The notes under the pieces are model-generated. The model saw only the letters and a list, made by a program, of their open reading frames with translations, was not told where the DNA came from and did not search any database. A DNA stretch of 58,529 nt from Candidatus Omnitrophota bacterium (lineage in GTDB: Bacteria; Omnitrophota; Gorgyraeia; Duberdicusellales; 4484-171), in assembly GCA_014729775.1 (NCBI GenBank), contig WJJJ01000016.1:1-58529 (forward strand), written 5' to 3'. This document shows, piece after piece, positions 26,726 through 37,115 of the stretch (the first letter of the stretch is position 1; every line of letters starts with the position of its first letter). The translations under genes were made by a program, and so were the position numbers.

Positions 26726-29383
26726 ATGATTTGTATGAAATTCCGTTTTCTTGACGACACAGGTGCGTTTCATGTTCCGGCGGTATCGCGGCAGGATGTC
26801 TATTTTCCGCTTACGAACCGTGACGGTACACTGTTGAGCGCGGTGAGCCCGCAGCTGGCCGGGGATATCAAACGCGATCAGGACCATTTTGTGACTCCGC
26901 CCGCGACCGCGGTGGATTTGCGTGCCAATCTGCTCTGCCGCCGTGAGGTTTTTTTCCGGGTGGAAGAGCAGGGGAAGACGGAGATCGTGCGGTTTTCTTC
27001 CCTGGGATCGTATGAGATCGAAGCCGGGATATTGTTCCACCGGACCCGCGCCTGTTCCGGGCCGCTCTCGATTGAAGTGCTGAACTTCATTCCCTATGCG
27101 GACGACGCGGAGGTTATGCGGGTGACGGTGCAAAACCAGTCCGACCGGAAAATCACGATTACGCCCCTGACCTTTCTTCCTTTGTACGGCAGGAGCGCGG
27201 AAAACGTGCGCGACCACCGCCACGTCAGTTCTTTACTGAACAGGATCCGGCTTCTCCCCCACGGGATCATGCTGCAGCCGACCATGGTATTTGATGAGCA
27301 TGGTCACCGGAAGAATACGCGCCGATATTACTGCCTGGGATATCAGGAGGACGGCCGCGGTCCTTCCGGACAATTCCCCACGCTGGATTCGTTCCTGGGG
27401 GAGGGCGATATGCTTCGGCCGGGGGCGGTGTACGAGGAAGGCAGCGAGGCGGTCAAAGAAAAGCTCTGTACCCATGACGGGAAAGAAGCGTGCGGCGGCT
27501 TCGAATTCTCACGCAGAGAACTTGCTCCCGGCGCGCAGTTCCAGCTGGTAATTCTTACCGGAACGGACGCGGCCGATGAGGAGGTGCCGCGGACATTCGA
27601 AAAATTCAACTCGCCCGAAAAGGTCGAAACGGCACTTGAAGAAACCAAGACATACTGGAACAGGTGTGTAAGTGAGACGGAATTTTCCCTCGGAGATCCG
27701 GAATACAGCAACTGGGTGCGCTGGGTGAAACTCCAGCCCACACTGCGCAAACTGTTCGGGTGTTCCTTCCTCCCCCATTTCGATTACGGGAAAGGCGGCC
27801 GCGGCTGGAGAGATTTATGGCAGGACGCGCTTTCTCTTCTGTTTACGGAAGAGGCGCAGGCCGGGGAGCTTATCCTCCACAATTTTCACGGAGTGCGCAT
27901 TGACGGTTCCAACGCGACGATCATTACCCGGGACGGACAATTCCTTTCCGACCGGAATAAGATTTCGCGGGTATGGATGGACCACGGCGTATGGCCTTTG
28001 CGGACGCTGAGTTTATACGTCCATAAAACCGGCGATCTGGATCTGCTTCTTCGCGAGGTTCCCTATTTCCGGGATCACCAGCGAAAACGGGCGCGCGCGG
28101 TGGACCCGGGTTTCGACCAATCCGATTTCGTTCTTCGCAATACGCGGGGAGAAAAATATGCCGGGACGGTGCTTGAACATCTTTTAATACAGAACCTCGC
28201 GGCATTCTTCCACGTCGGCGCCCATAACGTTATCCGTTTGGAAAACGCCGATTGGAATGACGGGCTGGACATGGCGCGGGAGAAAGGAGAAAGCGTCGCG
28301 TTCAGTTTCATGTATGCCTATAACCTTCGCCAATTAGCCGAACTCATAGAGACATTGTCAGGCACGCGGCCGCAGGTAGAGCTCTGCGAAGAGCTTCTGT
28401 TGCTCCTGGATACGCTGGAGAAACCGGTCGAGTACGGAAGTTTCCGGGCCAGGCAGCAGCGTGCCGAGGAGTATTTTGACCGGACGTGCGCATTTCGCGG
28501 GAAAAAAGTGCCGGTGGAAACCGAAAAGCTGGCCGCGGATTTACGGGCAAAGTCGGAATTCCTCTATGCGTGGCTGAACGAACACGAATGGAACGAGGCG
28601 GGATTTTATAACGGGTATTACGACAATACCGGTGCGCCGGTGGACAAAAAACTGGACGGAAACGTGCAGGTACGGCTAGAATCGCAGGTGTTCGCGCTGT
28701 TGAGTGAGGGGGTGCCCGCGGACCGGGCACGGCGGATCTGGGAGACGATCCGCGCCCTGCTGTATGACTTGAAGCTGGACGGCTACCGGCTGAATACCGA
28801 CCGGGGCGGACTGTATCTGGAGCTCGGCCGGGCCTACGGGTTTGCCTACGGCGAAAAAGAGAACGGCGCGGTCTTTAATCACATGGTGGTGATGCTGGCG
28901 CACGCGCTGTACCGCTGCGGGTTCGTGCAGGAAGGGCATAAGGTGTTCTCCTCGGTGTACCGCATGGCGTCTTCTCCCCGCGCCGAAATCTATCCGGTAC
29001 TGCCCGAATATTTTAACGGCGAGGGGCGCGGGCTTTACCTGTATCTTACCGGGTCGGCGAGCTGGTATGTGTACACGCTGATCGAACAGGTGTTCGGCAT
29101 TCAATTTTCGTTCGGCGCGCTTAGGCTTCTGCCCCGTTTCCTCCCCGTACAGTATGCACAGGTTCCGGTGTCGGTCCGGTTCAAATTTCACGGGAAGCAG
29201 CTCACCGTACGGTATCGCCGCGAATCCGCCGATGCCAGCAGCACCAAGGAACCGGGAGAAATTCTCCGCGTCCAACTCCAGGGACGCGCGATAGAGACCG
29301 CCGGGCGTGAATGCCGGATATCGAAACAGCAGATAGAAGGGCTGTCCGCGGCAGAGGTGACGCTTGAAGTCATCCTGAAATAA
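26726..29383 (+). CDS. GH94 glycoside phosphorylase (laminaribiose phosphorylase-like)
   Basis: DYGKGGRGWRDLWQD, ADWNDGL (catalytic Asp), KENGAVFNH, YLTGSASW; start may be 26735. Confidence 0.88.
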   Translation: MICMKFRFLDDTGAFHVPAVSRQDVYFPLTNRDGTLLSAVSPQLAGDIKRDQDHFVTPPATAVDLRANLLCRREVFFRVEEQGKTEIVRFSSLGSYEIEAGILFHRTRACSGPLSIEVLNFIPYADDAEVMRVTVQNQSDRKITITPLTFLPLYGRSAENVRDHRHVSSLLNRIRLLPHGIMLQPTMVFDEHGHRKNTRRYYCLGYQEDGRGPSGQFPTLDSFLGEGDMLRPGAVYEEGSEAVKEKLCTHDGKEACGGFEFSRRELAPGAQFQLVILTGTDAADEEVPRTFEKFNSPEKVETALEETKTYWNRCVSETEFSLGDPEYSNWVRWVKLQPTLRKLFGCSFLPHFDYGKGGRGWRDLWQDALSLLFTEEAQAGELILHNFHGVRIDGSNATIITRDGQFLSDRNKISRVWMDHGVWPLRTLSLYVHKTGDLDLLLREVPYFRDHQRKRARAVDPGFDQSDFVLRNTRGEKYAGTVLEHLLIQNLAAFFHVGAHNVIRLENADWNDGLDMAREKGESVAFSFMYAYNLRQLAELIETLSGTRPQVELCEELLLLLDTLEKPVEYGSFRARQQRAEEYFDRTCAFRGKKVPVETEKLAADLRAKSEFLYAWLNEHEWNEAGFYNGYYDNTGAPVDKKLDGNVQVRLESQVFALLSEGVPADRARRIWETIRALLYDLKLDGYRLNTDRGGLYLELGRAYGFAYGEKENGAVFNHMVVMLAHALYRCGFVQEGHKVFSSVYRMASSPRAEIYPVLPEYFNGEGRGLYLYLTGSASWYVYTLIEQVFGIQFSFGALRLLPRFLPVQYAQVPVSVRFKFHGKQLTVRYRRESADASSTKEPGEILRVQLQGRAIETAGRECRISKQQIEGLSAAEVTLEVILK

Positions 29384-29409
29384 AGCCGGCGGAATATTCC
29401 TCCAGATCC

Positions 29410-31821
29410 ATGCGCGCACGGACCAAAATCTTTCTTACGTGTCTTTTCCTTTTTCTGGCCAGTGCCGTTTACGGCTATATCGCCATGCGTGCCGTCCTGC
29501 CGCAGAGGATCGCGCAAACGATACGCCAAAGCGTGCGCGATCAATTCGGAAAAGAGGTGCGTATCGGCGGCGTGTCCGTGGAATTTCCCCGCGACATCCG
29601 GCTCACGGAAGTCCGGATACACGATCCCGTTACCGGTCGGCTCGTGTGCGCGGCCGAAGCGGTACACGTCCGGCCTGCTCTTCTCCCCTTCCTGTTCCAT
29701 CGTGAATATGTGCTCACGCTAAAGGCGCGGGATGTGCGGATAGTCCTTGCCCGGGATGCCGCGGGAAAATGGAATTTCTCTCCCCGGCCGCACGCAGACA
29801 GCGCATCGGCCGGCAAAGTCCGGTTCCTGCGGTGTGCGCTGAGCGGCGTGCAGATAGAAGTCGCGGACGAAAAGGAAGGAGTGCGGCACAAGTTCGCCCC
29901 TCTTTTCCTGGATGCCAGGATCGATCCCCTGTCCGGCGGAGTGCGGGCGGAGGTGGACGGAGAAAATCTCGCGTTCAGGGGTACCTATGATTTTTTCCGT
30001 AAAAAAGGAACCGTAACCGGCCGTGTGAGCGAATTCCCGCTTGCCCTCTGGGCGGTTTATTTTCAGGAAGTGCTTCCCGCGGACGTGACCGGCGGGGTCG
30101 TTCGCGACCTGCGGGTGCGCGTTGAGTACGCCGGAACAGTGCGTACCCGGATCGACGGTACGGTGACCGGGCTGCGTTTGCGCTGGGCCAAAGGCGAAGC
30201 AACGGCTGACGTGAGCGGTACCTGTGTGGTAGCCGGCGGGGCGGGGACTCCCGGGGTCTCCTATGATCTTACCCTCGCCCGCGGAACTCTGCGCACTGAA
30301 GATTTCCCGCTATCGCTGCGGAATATTTCCGGACATATCAGAGGCACTGAGGAGAAGAGTGCATTCAGCGCAATGACCGTCCAGACCGGGGAGCATACCG
30401 TCGAGGGGAACGGGGAAGTTTGGTGGGAGGCGCTCTCTTACCGGGCGCAGGCGGGGGGAACGCTGCCGGTGCAGGATCTTTTCGGGCTGTGGGAGCAGTG
30501 GGACGAGGGCATTACAGTGCCGGGACTGAGCGGGCGCGTGAATCTGGACATCGAGGCACGCGGAAAATTATTCCCCGCGCAGCATACCGTGTCCGGCTCG
30601 TTCCGGCTTGAGAACGGACGGTATCACGACTGCCGTCAACTCGCGCTGGAGGGAACGTTCTCTCCGGAACAGATGGAAATCACGCAGGGCCGTTGTGTTG
30701 TGCGGCAGATTCCCGTGCAGGGGAAGGGAAAATTTTCACTGCGCGCTCCTTATCCGGGAAAGGTTATGCTGAACGCGGGACCTTATGAGCTTGAGCTTTC
30801 CGGAGAATACGATACGGCGCAGGAAGCGATTACGGTGCCGCGGGTGCGGATCGACGGCGAGCATACCCGGGCGCAACTGCGCGGGAAAATCTTTCCGGCA
30901 GAGCGGACGGCAGAGGTGAGCGGCACAGGGATTTTTTCCCTGGATGAAGTACGCGCGATCGCCGGACTTATCCCCGCGGCCGCTGCGGTGCGTGCCTATT
31001 GGGAGCCGCTCAACGGGAGCGTGCGGGCCCGGGGGTATCTGCGGGGAGGAGTGTCCCCGCAGGAATGGGAAACGAAACTGATCCTGGAAAGCGATGCCTG
31101 CCGCTGGAGAGAATTGCAACTGGAAGATCTCCGGATGCGGTTCGAGCGCGATGCCCGGGGGATTACCTTGAGCCCTTTTCAGTTTCGTGCCGCCGGCGGC
31201 ACGGGAGAGCTCAGGATAGAGAAAGCCCCCGGAGGGGATGAGACACGCTGGAATCTGACGGTGAACGGGATGTCGCTGAACGCGCTCCAGCAGGGACTGG
31301 GGCTTCAATCGGAAGAGAAACCGATTCTCGGCGTGGTGTCCTGTGAAGCCGGCGGGTCGTGGGCCGGAGAATTCTCTTCGGAAAAAATCCACGGCCGCGG
31401 ACTACTGGAGGTTCGTGACGGCGATTTGTGGAAGATCAATTTCCTCAAGGGCCTGGGCAAATTCCTGTTCATCCCCGATTTCGAAACGATCGTGTTTGAT
31501 TCCGGGAACAGCAAAATACGGATAGAAGATAATACCTTATTTTTCGAAGAACTGCGGCTTCATTCCTGGCAGATGGAACTTGCCGGCGCGGGCAAGGTAA
31601 ACCGGGATCAAGAAATTGAATTTGTGTTCTTTCCGGAATTCAATCCCAATCTGGTCGCCGCTTCCCAAGGTCTGCAGAAGGTCCTGACCGAATTTTTAGG
31701 CAAAAGCGGACTGGTGCTCCGGGTCGGCGGCACGCTCGAAGACCCGGATTACTCAATGAAACCCGCGTTTTTTTCCCCGCTGAAAAAGATCCAAAATTTC
31801 TTCGAGCAGATCATTCAGTGA
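29410..31821 (+). CDS. AsmA-like envelope protein
   Basis: N-terminal TM anchor, GKWNFS, long beta-rich body, C-terminal LRVGGTLEDPDY. Confidence 0.8.
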   Translation: MRARTKIFLTCLFLFLASAVYGYIAMRAVLPQRIAQTIRQSVRDQFGKEVRIGGVSVEFPRDIRLTEVRIHDPVTGRLVCAAEAVHVRPALLPFLFHREYVLTLKARDVRIVLARDAAGKWNFSPRPHADSASAGKVRFLRCALSGVQIEVADEKEGVRHKFAPLFLDARIDPLSGGVRAEVDGENLAFRGTYDFFRKKGTVTGRVSEFPLALWAVYFQEVLPADVTGGVVRDLRVRVEYAGTVRTRIDGTVTGLRLRWAKGEATADVSGTCVVAGGAGTPGVSYDLTLARGTLRTEDFPLSLRNISGHIRGTEEKSAFSAMTVQTGEHTVEGNGEVWWEALSYRAQAGGTLPVQDLFGLWEQWDEGITVPGLSGRVNLDIEARGKLFPAQHTVSGSFRLENGRYHDCRQLALEGTFSPEQMEITQGRCVVRQIPVQGKGKFSLRAPYPGKVMLNAGPYELELSGEYDTAQEAITVPRVRIDGEHTRAQLRGKIFPAERTAEVSGTGIFSLDEVRAIAGLIPAAAAVRAYWEPLNGSVRARGYLRGGVSPQEWETKLILESDACRWRELQLEDLRMRFERDARGITLSPFQFRAAGGTGELRIEKAPGGDETRWNLTVNGMSLNALQQGLGLQSEEKPILGVVSCEAGGSWAGEFSSEKIHGRGLLEVRDGDLWKINFLKGLGKFLFIPDFETIVFDSGNSKIRIEDNTLFFEELRLHSWQMELAGAGKVNRDQEIEFVFFPEFNPNLVAASQGLQKVLTEFLGKSGLVLRVGGTLEDPDYSMKPAFFSPLKKIQNFFEQIIQ

Positions 31822-32398
31822 GTGCCCGCAGGCGCCGCAGTGTTTCCCGGTACATCGCCGCGCTCTTCCCTTTTAAGCGCCGCCGGGCGGCGTGGAAGAA
31901 TTTCTCCGCCCGCCGCGGGTTGCCCAGCCGGACATAGGTGTCCCCGAGACTGAACAGCGTTTCCTCCCGGTCTTCTTCCAGTTCCAGGGCTTTATGAAAA
32001 CACAGCGCGGCGCCGCGGTATTTGCCGCGAGTGTGGAGCAGCCACCCTTTGTTATGATACAGCGTCGCGCAATTGGGGTCGCGCCGAAGCCCTTCGTCAA
32101 ACCGGTTCAGCGCCTGCCGGTAATGACCCATTTCCGCGCAGCACAGCGCGATATCGTTCCAGGTGCATCCGTCATCGGGACGGAGCCGCCGGGCCTCCTC
32201 CAGGTACAGCAGGGCATGCCGTAATTTACCGTCCAGTATCTTTTCCTGCGCGGCGAAGTACTCGGCGTAAAAGGCGAGATCCCGGGCACGGGACAGGCGC
32301 AGACATTTCCGGATTTTACGGCGGGCGCGGCCGAAATGAAAGTAAGTGATCAGACGGTCGAGTTTCCTGCGTTCCCGTTCCAGGTCTAACGCCGGCAT
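31811..32398 (-). CDS. TPR-repeat protein
   Basis: Several 34-aa TPR-like units (WNDIALC..., YHNKGWLL..., LFSLGDTY...). Confidence 0.85.
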   Translation of the reverse strand: MPALDLERERRKLDRLITYFHFGRARRKIRKCLRLSRARDLAFYAEYFAAQEKILDGKLRHALLYLEEARRLRPDDGCTWNDIALCCAEMGHYRQALNRFDEGLRRDPNCATLYHNKGWLLHTRGKYRGAALCFHKALELEEDREETLFSLGDTYVRLGNPRRAEKFFHAARRRLKGKSAAMYRETLRRLRALTE

Positions 32399-33198
32399 AA
32401 GATTCCCCCTTCTTTCCGGAACAGACGGCAGTCAGTGAACCCGGCCGCGCGCAGGCGCCGTTGTGTTTTTGCCGGGAAGTCATAGCCGTGAGTCATTTTG
32501 TACCGCGGCGCGTAATGGAACAACGTTCCTCCGGGCCGAAGTATTCGCTTCAGCGCGGCATAGAAGACATCTGAATACAGATCCGGGGACAGCGTAAACG
32601 TCGGCGGGTCATGAAGGACGGAGTCGAAACACCGCGAAGGAAATTTTTCGATTGCCGCGGCGATATTACCCTGATGGCAGTGAATCGAAGGCGTGGAGAA
32701 GGCTTCTTGTGACCAGGGATTGACCCGGGCGAGTCCGGTGACGTTGGTGTCTATTTCGTAAGTGTGCACTTCGCGGGCGGTCCGGCTGCCCAGGAGCGCG
32801 CTGTAGCCTAACCCCATACAGGTATCCAGCAGGCGTCCGCGGGGGCGCAGGATGCGCAGTTTATTTTCGGTGTCGGTCCGGGGTGAGTCCCGGCGGTGCA
32901 TGGGAACTGAACTGAACGAAATCGTCGGCCAGTCGCGGGTGGGGATGAGTTTATAGTAGATGTTGGTATTTTCATCAAAGAAAGCCAGCGGCATAATCTC
33001 TTCTTGTTCAAGGAGATAGCATGATTTCGGTTTGATCTTGGCGTCGAGCCCCAGCCTGTGCCGGCCGTCAAGTAGCGCGGAGTCCGGCTGTCTGTGGACC
33101 GTGACGCCGCGCCGGCCGAAATCAACCATAAGCGTAAAGGTACTGCCCGGCGGGCGGCTGCGGATCCGGTCGAATTCGGCTTTGGTGAGGATCGGCAT
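32386..33198 (-). CDS. class I SAM-dependent methyltransferase (COG2521-like)
   Basis: LLDTCMGLGYSA, EID, HDPP...LYS motifs. Confidence 0.85.
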   Translation of the reverse strand: MPILTKAEFDRIRSRPPGSTFTLMVDFGRRGVTVHRQPDSALLDGRHRLGLDAKIKPKSCYLLEQEEIMPLAFFDENTNIYYKLIPTRDWPTISFSSVPMHRRDSPRTDTENKLRILRPRGRLLDTCMGLGYSALLGSRTAREVHTYEIDTNVTGLARVNPWSQEAFSTPSIHCHQGNIAAAIEKFPSRCFDSVLHDPPTFTLSPDLYSDVFYAALKRILRPGGTLFHYAPRYKMTHGYDFPAKTQRRLRAAGFTDCRLFRKEGGILCRR

Positions 33199-33303
33199 AG
33201 GAGTATTATAAATCATTAAAATAGCTTGACAACCTTTTCGGGGGATTTAAAATATAAAAAGGGTTGAAAACACTCAATTTTTTTAACGTAAGGAGGTGTC
33301 TCA

Positions 33304-33570
33304 ATGAACAAGGCGCAGTTGGTAGAAGTGATCGGAGCACACACCCAGACCAAGAAGGAAGCTCAGGCGATCGTAGAAAAAGTATTCGATTCCATAAAGG
33401 ATTCATTGGGAAACAAGGATGACGTGACAATTTCCGGTTTCGGTACGTTTCGGGTGAAAACCACGAAGCCGAGACAGGGAAGAAATCCGAAAACCGGCGA
33501 AACGATTCAGATCCCGGCAAAGCAGAAAGTCGCTTTTCGCGCGTCAAAAGATTTGAAATCGGTGCTGTAA
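33304..33570 (+). CDS. hup: HU DNA-binding protein
   Basis: MNKAQLV, GFGTF, GRNPKTGETIQIPA; SD AAGGAGGT. Confidence 0.96.
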   Translation: MNKAQLVEVIGAHTQTKKEAQAIVEKVFDSIKDSLGNKDDVTISGFGTFRVKTTKPRQGRNPKTGETIQIPAKQKVAFRASKDLKSVL

Positions 33571-33593
33571 ATCGCTGCATCCGATATTGAGAG

Positions 33594-33625
33594 AAAAAAG
33601 GCACACTTCGGTGTGCCTTTTTTTT
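33594..33625. terminator. bidirectional intrinsic terminator
   Basis: AAAAAAGGCACAC-TTCG-GTGTGCCTTTTTTTT between convergent genes. Confidence 0.92.
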
Positions 33626-34577
33626 ATGCTTCCTGGTCCCTCCTGCGCAGTTTCGCGACGTAAAATCCTTCCATGGAATCGGTGGGGATTATCCGCTTGG
33701 TCCTCTGGACAATCGAGGGGTATTTGGCGGTTTTCCATGAGGTGAGCCCCTCCCGGATATTGGGTATCGGAAGTTTGATCGGCAACAGTTCCAGCTGATC
33801 GCCGAATTTTTCCAGAAACCAGGAGATAATTCCCTCGTTCTCCTCCGGCGCGAAGGTGCAGGTGGAATATACGAGTATTCCTCCGGGTTTGAGCGCATGA
33901 AACGCCGCGAACAGCAGCTTTTTCTGAGTCCGGGTCATTTCGATAATTTTCTTCCGCTTCCAGTAGTAGTAACTGCGGGGATTGTGCACGTAGAAGCGGC
34001 CTTCCGCCGAACAGGGCGCGTCTACCAGAATCTTGTCGAACTCTTCCGGGAAATTTTTGCGGACCAGCGTCCCGTCCATCAACCTGCTTTCTACACGCGG
34101 CGCGCCCTGGATTTTTAAGTTTGCCGTGAGTTTATAATAGCGAACCTTCGCCTTCTCCACCGCCGTGACCGCGGCGCCCGGGGCCAGCGACACGATTTGA
34201 GTCGTTTTCGCGCCCGGTGCCGCGCAGAGATCAAGGATCTTTTCGTCGTCGCGCGGATCCAAGACGTAGGGAACGATCATGCTCGAGACGTTTTGCACGT
34301 ACACGTAGCCTTCCCGGTACAGGTATGATTCCTGGAATTTGCGAAAATTCGATTTCAGCAGAAACGCGCCCGGCGGAAAGGGCAGCTCCCGGGCGCGGAC
34401 GTGTTCTTCCTGTAGTTTGCGGCGCAGATCCCGCAGGCCGGTTTTGGTGTAATTTATCCGGAAGGTCGTGTTTCTTTTTTTTAAAAACGTGTTGAGAACC
34501 TGTGGGTGCTTGTGCGGATAGATTTGTTTTATCCGCGTAATGAATTCGTTCGGTAGTTTCGTGAGCAATTCGTTCAT
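33624..34577 (-). CDS. RsmB/RsmF (NOL1/NOP2) m5C RNA methyltransferase
   Basis: LDLCAAPGAKT, DAPCS, YSTCT...ENE. Confidence 0.92.
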   Translation of the reverse strand: MNELLTKLPNEFITRIKQIYPHKHPQVLNTFLKKRNTTFRINYTKTGLRDLRRKLQEEHVRARELPFPPGAFLLKSNFRKFQESYLYREGYVYVQNVSSMIVPYVLDPRDDEKILDLCAAPGAKTTQIVSLAPGAAVTAVEKAKVRYYKLTANLKIQGAPRVESRLMDGTLVRKNFPEEFDKILVDAPCSAEGRFYVHNPRSYYYWKRKKIIEMTRTQKKLLFAAFHALKPGGILVYSTCTFAPEENEGIISWFLEKFGDQLELLPIKLPIPNIREGLTSWKTAKYPSIVQRTKRIIPTDSMEGFYVAKLRRRDQEA

Positions 34578-34592
34578 GGTTTCCCCTTTCGG

Positions 34593-35282
34593 TTAGCGCA
34601 CCAGCCGTTTCATTTTCCAGGCGATGATCACCGATGCCAGCACGTAGACCAGATAGCCGGCATAGACCAGCGGATGCGTGAGAAAATAGTCCATTATTTT
34701 TTCCGGCGAGAATTCTTTCACCGCCGCCAGCGGGAACTGGATAAAGAAAATCCGCGGCGGTGAGGCGATAAGTACGGCAATGAGATATTTGCGGAATGGG
34801 AATTTGCTCAGGCCGAAGCATAGGTCCAGTATCCGGTAAGGAACCAGCGGGATCGCCCGCAGAAGGATCACCGTGCGCAGGTTGGTCTCCTCCAGCCGGG
34901 CGTAGAGTCTTTTTCCTCTGCCTTTGAGCTTTGATTCCATGTAGTCTTTCCCCAGTGCCCGGCTCAGCCGGAAAAAGATCCAGGCGTTGATCACCTCGGA
35001 TACGTAAATCAGCGCGGTGCTGAGCAACGCGCCGAAAATCACCGCGGCGGCGAGTTTGAGCGGGTCTTTGAGGTACCAGAATATGAACGTTCCCCCGACA
35101 TATACCAGGATGAACACCAGTCCGGAGAACAGCAGCGGCAGCGCGCGGATGCGGCTTAAGAATTGGTTGACCTGGAGCGAGTAGGCCTGGCCGGCAAAAA
35201 AGACGACGACGAGCAGGAGCAGGAACAGCCCGAAGCGGAACTTCGGGCTGTGGACTATTTCGGTGAACCGGTGTGCTTTCAC
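34593..35282 (-). CDS. TVP38/DedA (VTT domain) membrane protein
   Basis: Hydrophobic profile and LLRAIPLVP motif. Confidence 0.85.
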   Translation of the reverse strand: MKAHRFTEIVHSPKFRFGLFLLLLVVVFFAGQAYSLQVNQFLSRIRALPLLFSGLVFILVYVGGTFIFWYLKDPLKLAAAVIFGALLSTALIYVSEVINAWIFFRLSRALGKDYMESKLKGRGKRLYARLEETNLRTVILLRAIPLVPYRILDLCFGLSKFPFRKYLIAVLIASPPRIFFIQFPLAAVKEFSPEKIMDYFLTHPLVYAGYLVYVLASVIIAWKMKRLVR

Positions 35283-36307
35283 GCCCGCACTCCTCCTCTT
35301 GCCTGGGCGCGCAGCTGGCCGCAGGCGGCGTCAATGTCCGGGCCGCGTGAGGCGCGGAGCGTAAAGAAAATGTTTTTCTTCTTGAGTTCTGCGGTGAACG
35401 CTGTTGTTTCCTCCTCTGTCGCCGGCCGGGCATTGCCGCGGGCCGCATGCAGAGGAATCAGGTTCACTTTGTGCTTGATCCCGCCCAGGAGCTTTGCCAG
35501 GCTCCGGGCCTGCTTGATGCCGGTGTTGAGGCCGCCGATCAGGGCGTATTCGCACGTCACCGGCTGACCGGTTGTTTTGGTATAGGTTTTGAGCGCGGGC
35601 ATGAGGTTTTTTAGCGGATATTTCCGGTTGACCGGCATCAGCCGTGACCGCAGGTCATCCGTGGCCGCGTGCAAAGAGACCGAAAGTTTGACCTTTGGGA
35701 AGGCCTCCGCCAGCTGAGGGAGGCGCGGGATGATCCCGCAGGTGGATACCGTGATTTTTCGGGGGCTGAAGCCGAGGCCTTTCGGCTCGCAGAGTAAAGA
35801 GATGCTGCCGGCGACATTAGCGAAATTGTCCAGCGGCTCGCCGATGCCCATGTACACGATGTGCGTGACCGGGCGCTCGTGATCGGCGGCCCAGAGGTGC
35901 TGGCCGACGATCTCGGCCACGGTCAGGTTACGCTGAAAGCCGGAGGCGCCACTGGCGCAGAAGGCGCAATTGAACCGGCACCCCACTTGTGAGGAGACGC
36001 AGAGCGTTCTCCGCTTCTTTTCCGGGATCATCACGGTTTCCACGGTCCGCCCGTCTGTGAGCCGGAACAGGTACTTTTCGGTTTTGTCCGCAGAGACCCG
36101 TTTCAGCGTACATTCCGGCAGGCCGCAATAAAAAGTATCCGCCAGCTCCCGCCGGAGATGCGGGGGTAGCGTGCGCATTTTCGCAAACTCCTCCGCTCTC
36201 TTTTTATACAGCCAACCAAAGACCTGGACCGCGCGGTAGGCGGGAAAGCCGTGCGCGGCCAGCCGCTGTGTTAGTTCGGGAAGCGCAAATTCGTAGATAT
36301 TTTCCAT
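35279..36307 (-). CDS. rlmN: 23S rRNA/tRNA m2A methyltransferase
   Basis: CVSSQVGCRFNCAFCAS, MGIGEPL, DIDAACGQL. Confidence 0.96.
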   Translation of the reverse strand: MENIYEFALPELTQRLAAHGFPAYRAVQVFGWLYKKRAEEFAKMRTLPPHLRRELADTFYCGLPECTLKRVSADKTEKYLFRLTDGRTVETVMIPEKKRRTLCVSSQVGCRFNCAFCASGASGFQRNLTVAEIVGQHLWAADHERPVTHIVYMGIGEPLDNFANVAGSISLLCEPKGLGFSPRKITVSTCGIIPRLPQLAEAFPKVKLSVSLHAATDDLRSRLMPVNRKYPLKNLMPALKTYTKTTGQPVTCEYALIGGLNTGIKQARSLAKLLGGIKHKVNLIPLHAARGNARPATEEETTAFTAELKKKNIFFTLRASRGPDIDAACGQLRAQARGGVRA

Positions 36308-36498
36308 TTTCAGGTAATTTCCTTCCTGTTTTCAGGAATCTTTCGAACAGTATACCATTTTCGCCCGATTAGAAAAGAGCGCAATAGAGAGGCAGAAAAA
36401 CCGGAGGTTTTATGATATGCTTTTGTATATGCGCAGGCGGAACAATCCGGCAGAAACCACCTCTGCCTCTTCTCCGCCATTCCCTGCCGGTGCTTTTG

Positions 36499-36565
36499 TG
36501 GTAAAATTTATATATGTAGTATTCATCGGCAGGATATTATGTTTTCCGTATATTAATTGTTAGAA
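36499..36565 (+). promoter_or_regulatory. putative cassette promoter and attI-like crossover site
   Basis: Extended -10 TGGTAAAAT (36499-36507), AT-rich tract, then core GTTAGAA (36559-36565) complementary to the R'' of the next attC. Confidence 0.5.
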
Positions 36566-36586
36566 GAGTCTAAATAAGGAGGAGAA

Positions 36587-37036
36587 ATGAAAAGAATATT
36601 TACTTGTCTCTTTGTAATACTTCTTTCATCTACGGTAGCAAGCCTTTCTTTGAAAGCAGATAATGCTAAAATAGATTATTTTAAGCTAAATTCAAATAAG
36701 TTGCTTTATCCTGGAGATGTAATTTTTACCGGTCATGTAACAGCTTCATGTGGACCAAGAGGATCACAGAAGCCATGTGCTTATAAAAAAACTTTGATTT
36801 ATAAAGATTTTGAAAAAACTTTTGAGATAAGTAGAATCATTGTAGAAGAAATAACAGAATGGACAAAGGGTAGCAGTCCCAACTATAATCAAAAAATAAA
36901 GAAAAAAGAAATGCCTATCAGCGCCAGGAGTTCTTACGGTTGGAATCCGTTCCCGGAACTAAAATTCTCAACGCCAAATAGACGAGATAAAAAAGGTGGA
37001 ATAATGGTACAAAAAGTTTTATATGGTAGAAATTAA
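36587..37036 (+). CDS. cassette 1: hypothetical secreted protein
   Basis: SD AAGGAGG, signal peptide, stop 3 nt before the attC. Confidence 0.8.
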   Translation: MKRIFTCLFVILLSSTVASLSLKADNAKIDYFKLNSNKLLYPGDVIFTGHVTASCGPRGSQKPCAYKKTLIYKDFEKTFEISRIIVEEITEWTKGSSPNYNQKIKKKEMPISARSSYGWNPFPELKFSTPNRRDKKGGIMVQKVLYGRN

Positions 37037-37039
37037 AAC

Positions 37040-37105
37040 TTCTAACAAGCCAATCCAGCGGACCGTAAACCTGCGCTTTCCGGCCGCCGAGTTCGAATGT
37101 TATAG
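37040..37105 (+). mobile_element. attC site 1
   Basis: R'' TTCTAAC, L'' ATCCAGC, inner stem GCGG-A-CCG/CGG-CCGC, R' GTTATAG. Confidence 0.85.
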
Positions 37106-37115
37106 GCAAATAAAA

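Noticed and set aside
34231-35448. 405-aa minus-strand ORF and similar long Arg/Pro-rich alternative-frame ORFs
   Set aside because: They overlap well-supported genes and have the composition of GC-rich off-frame translation.
37023-37115. N-terminal extension of the RAYT ORF
   Set aside because: It is read-through across attC1; the RAYT-like sequence starts at 37116.
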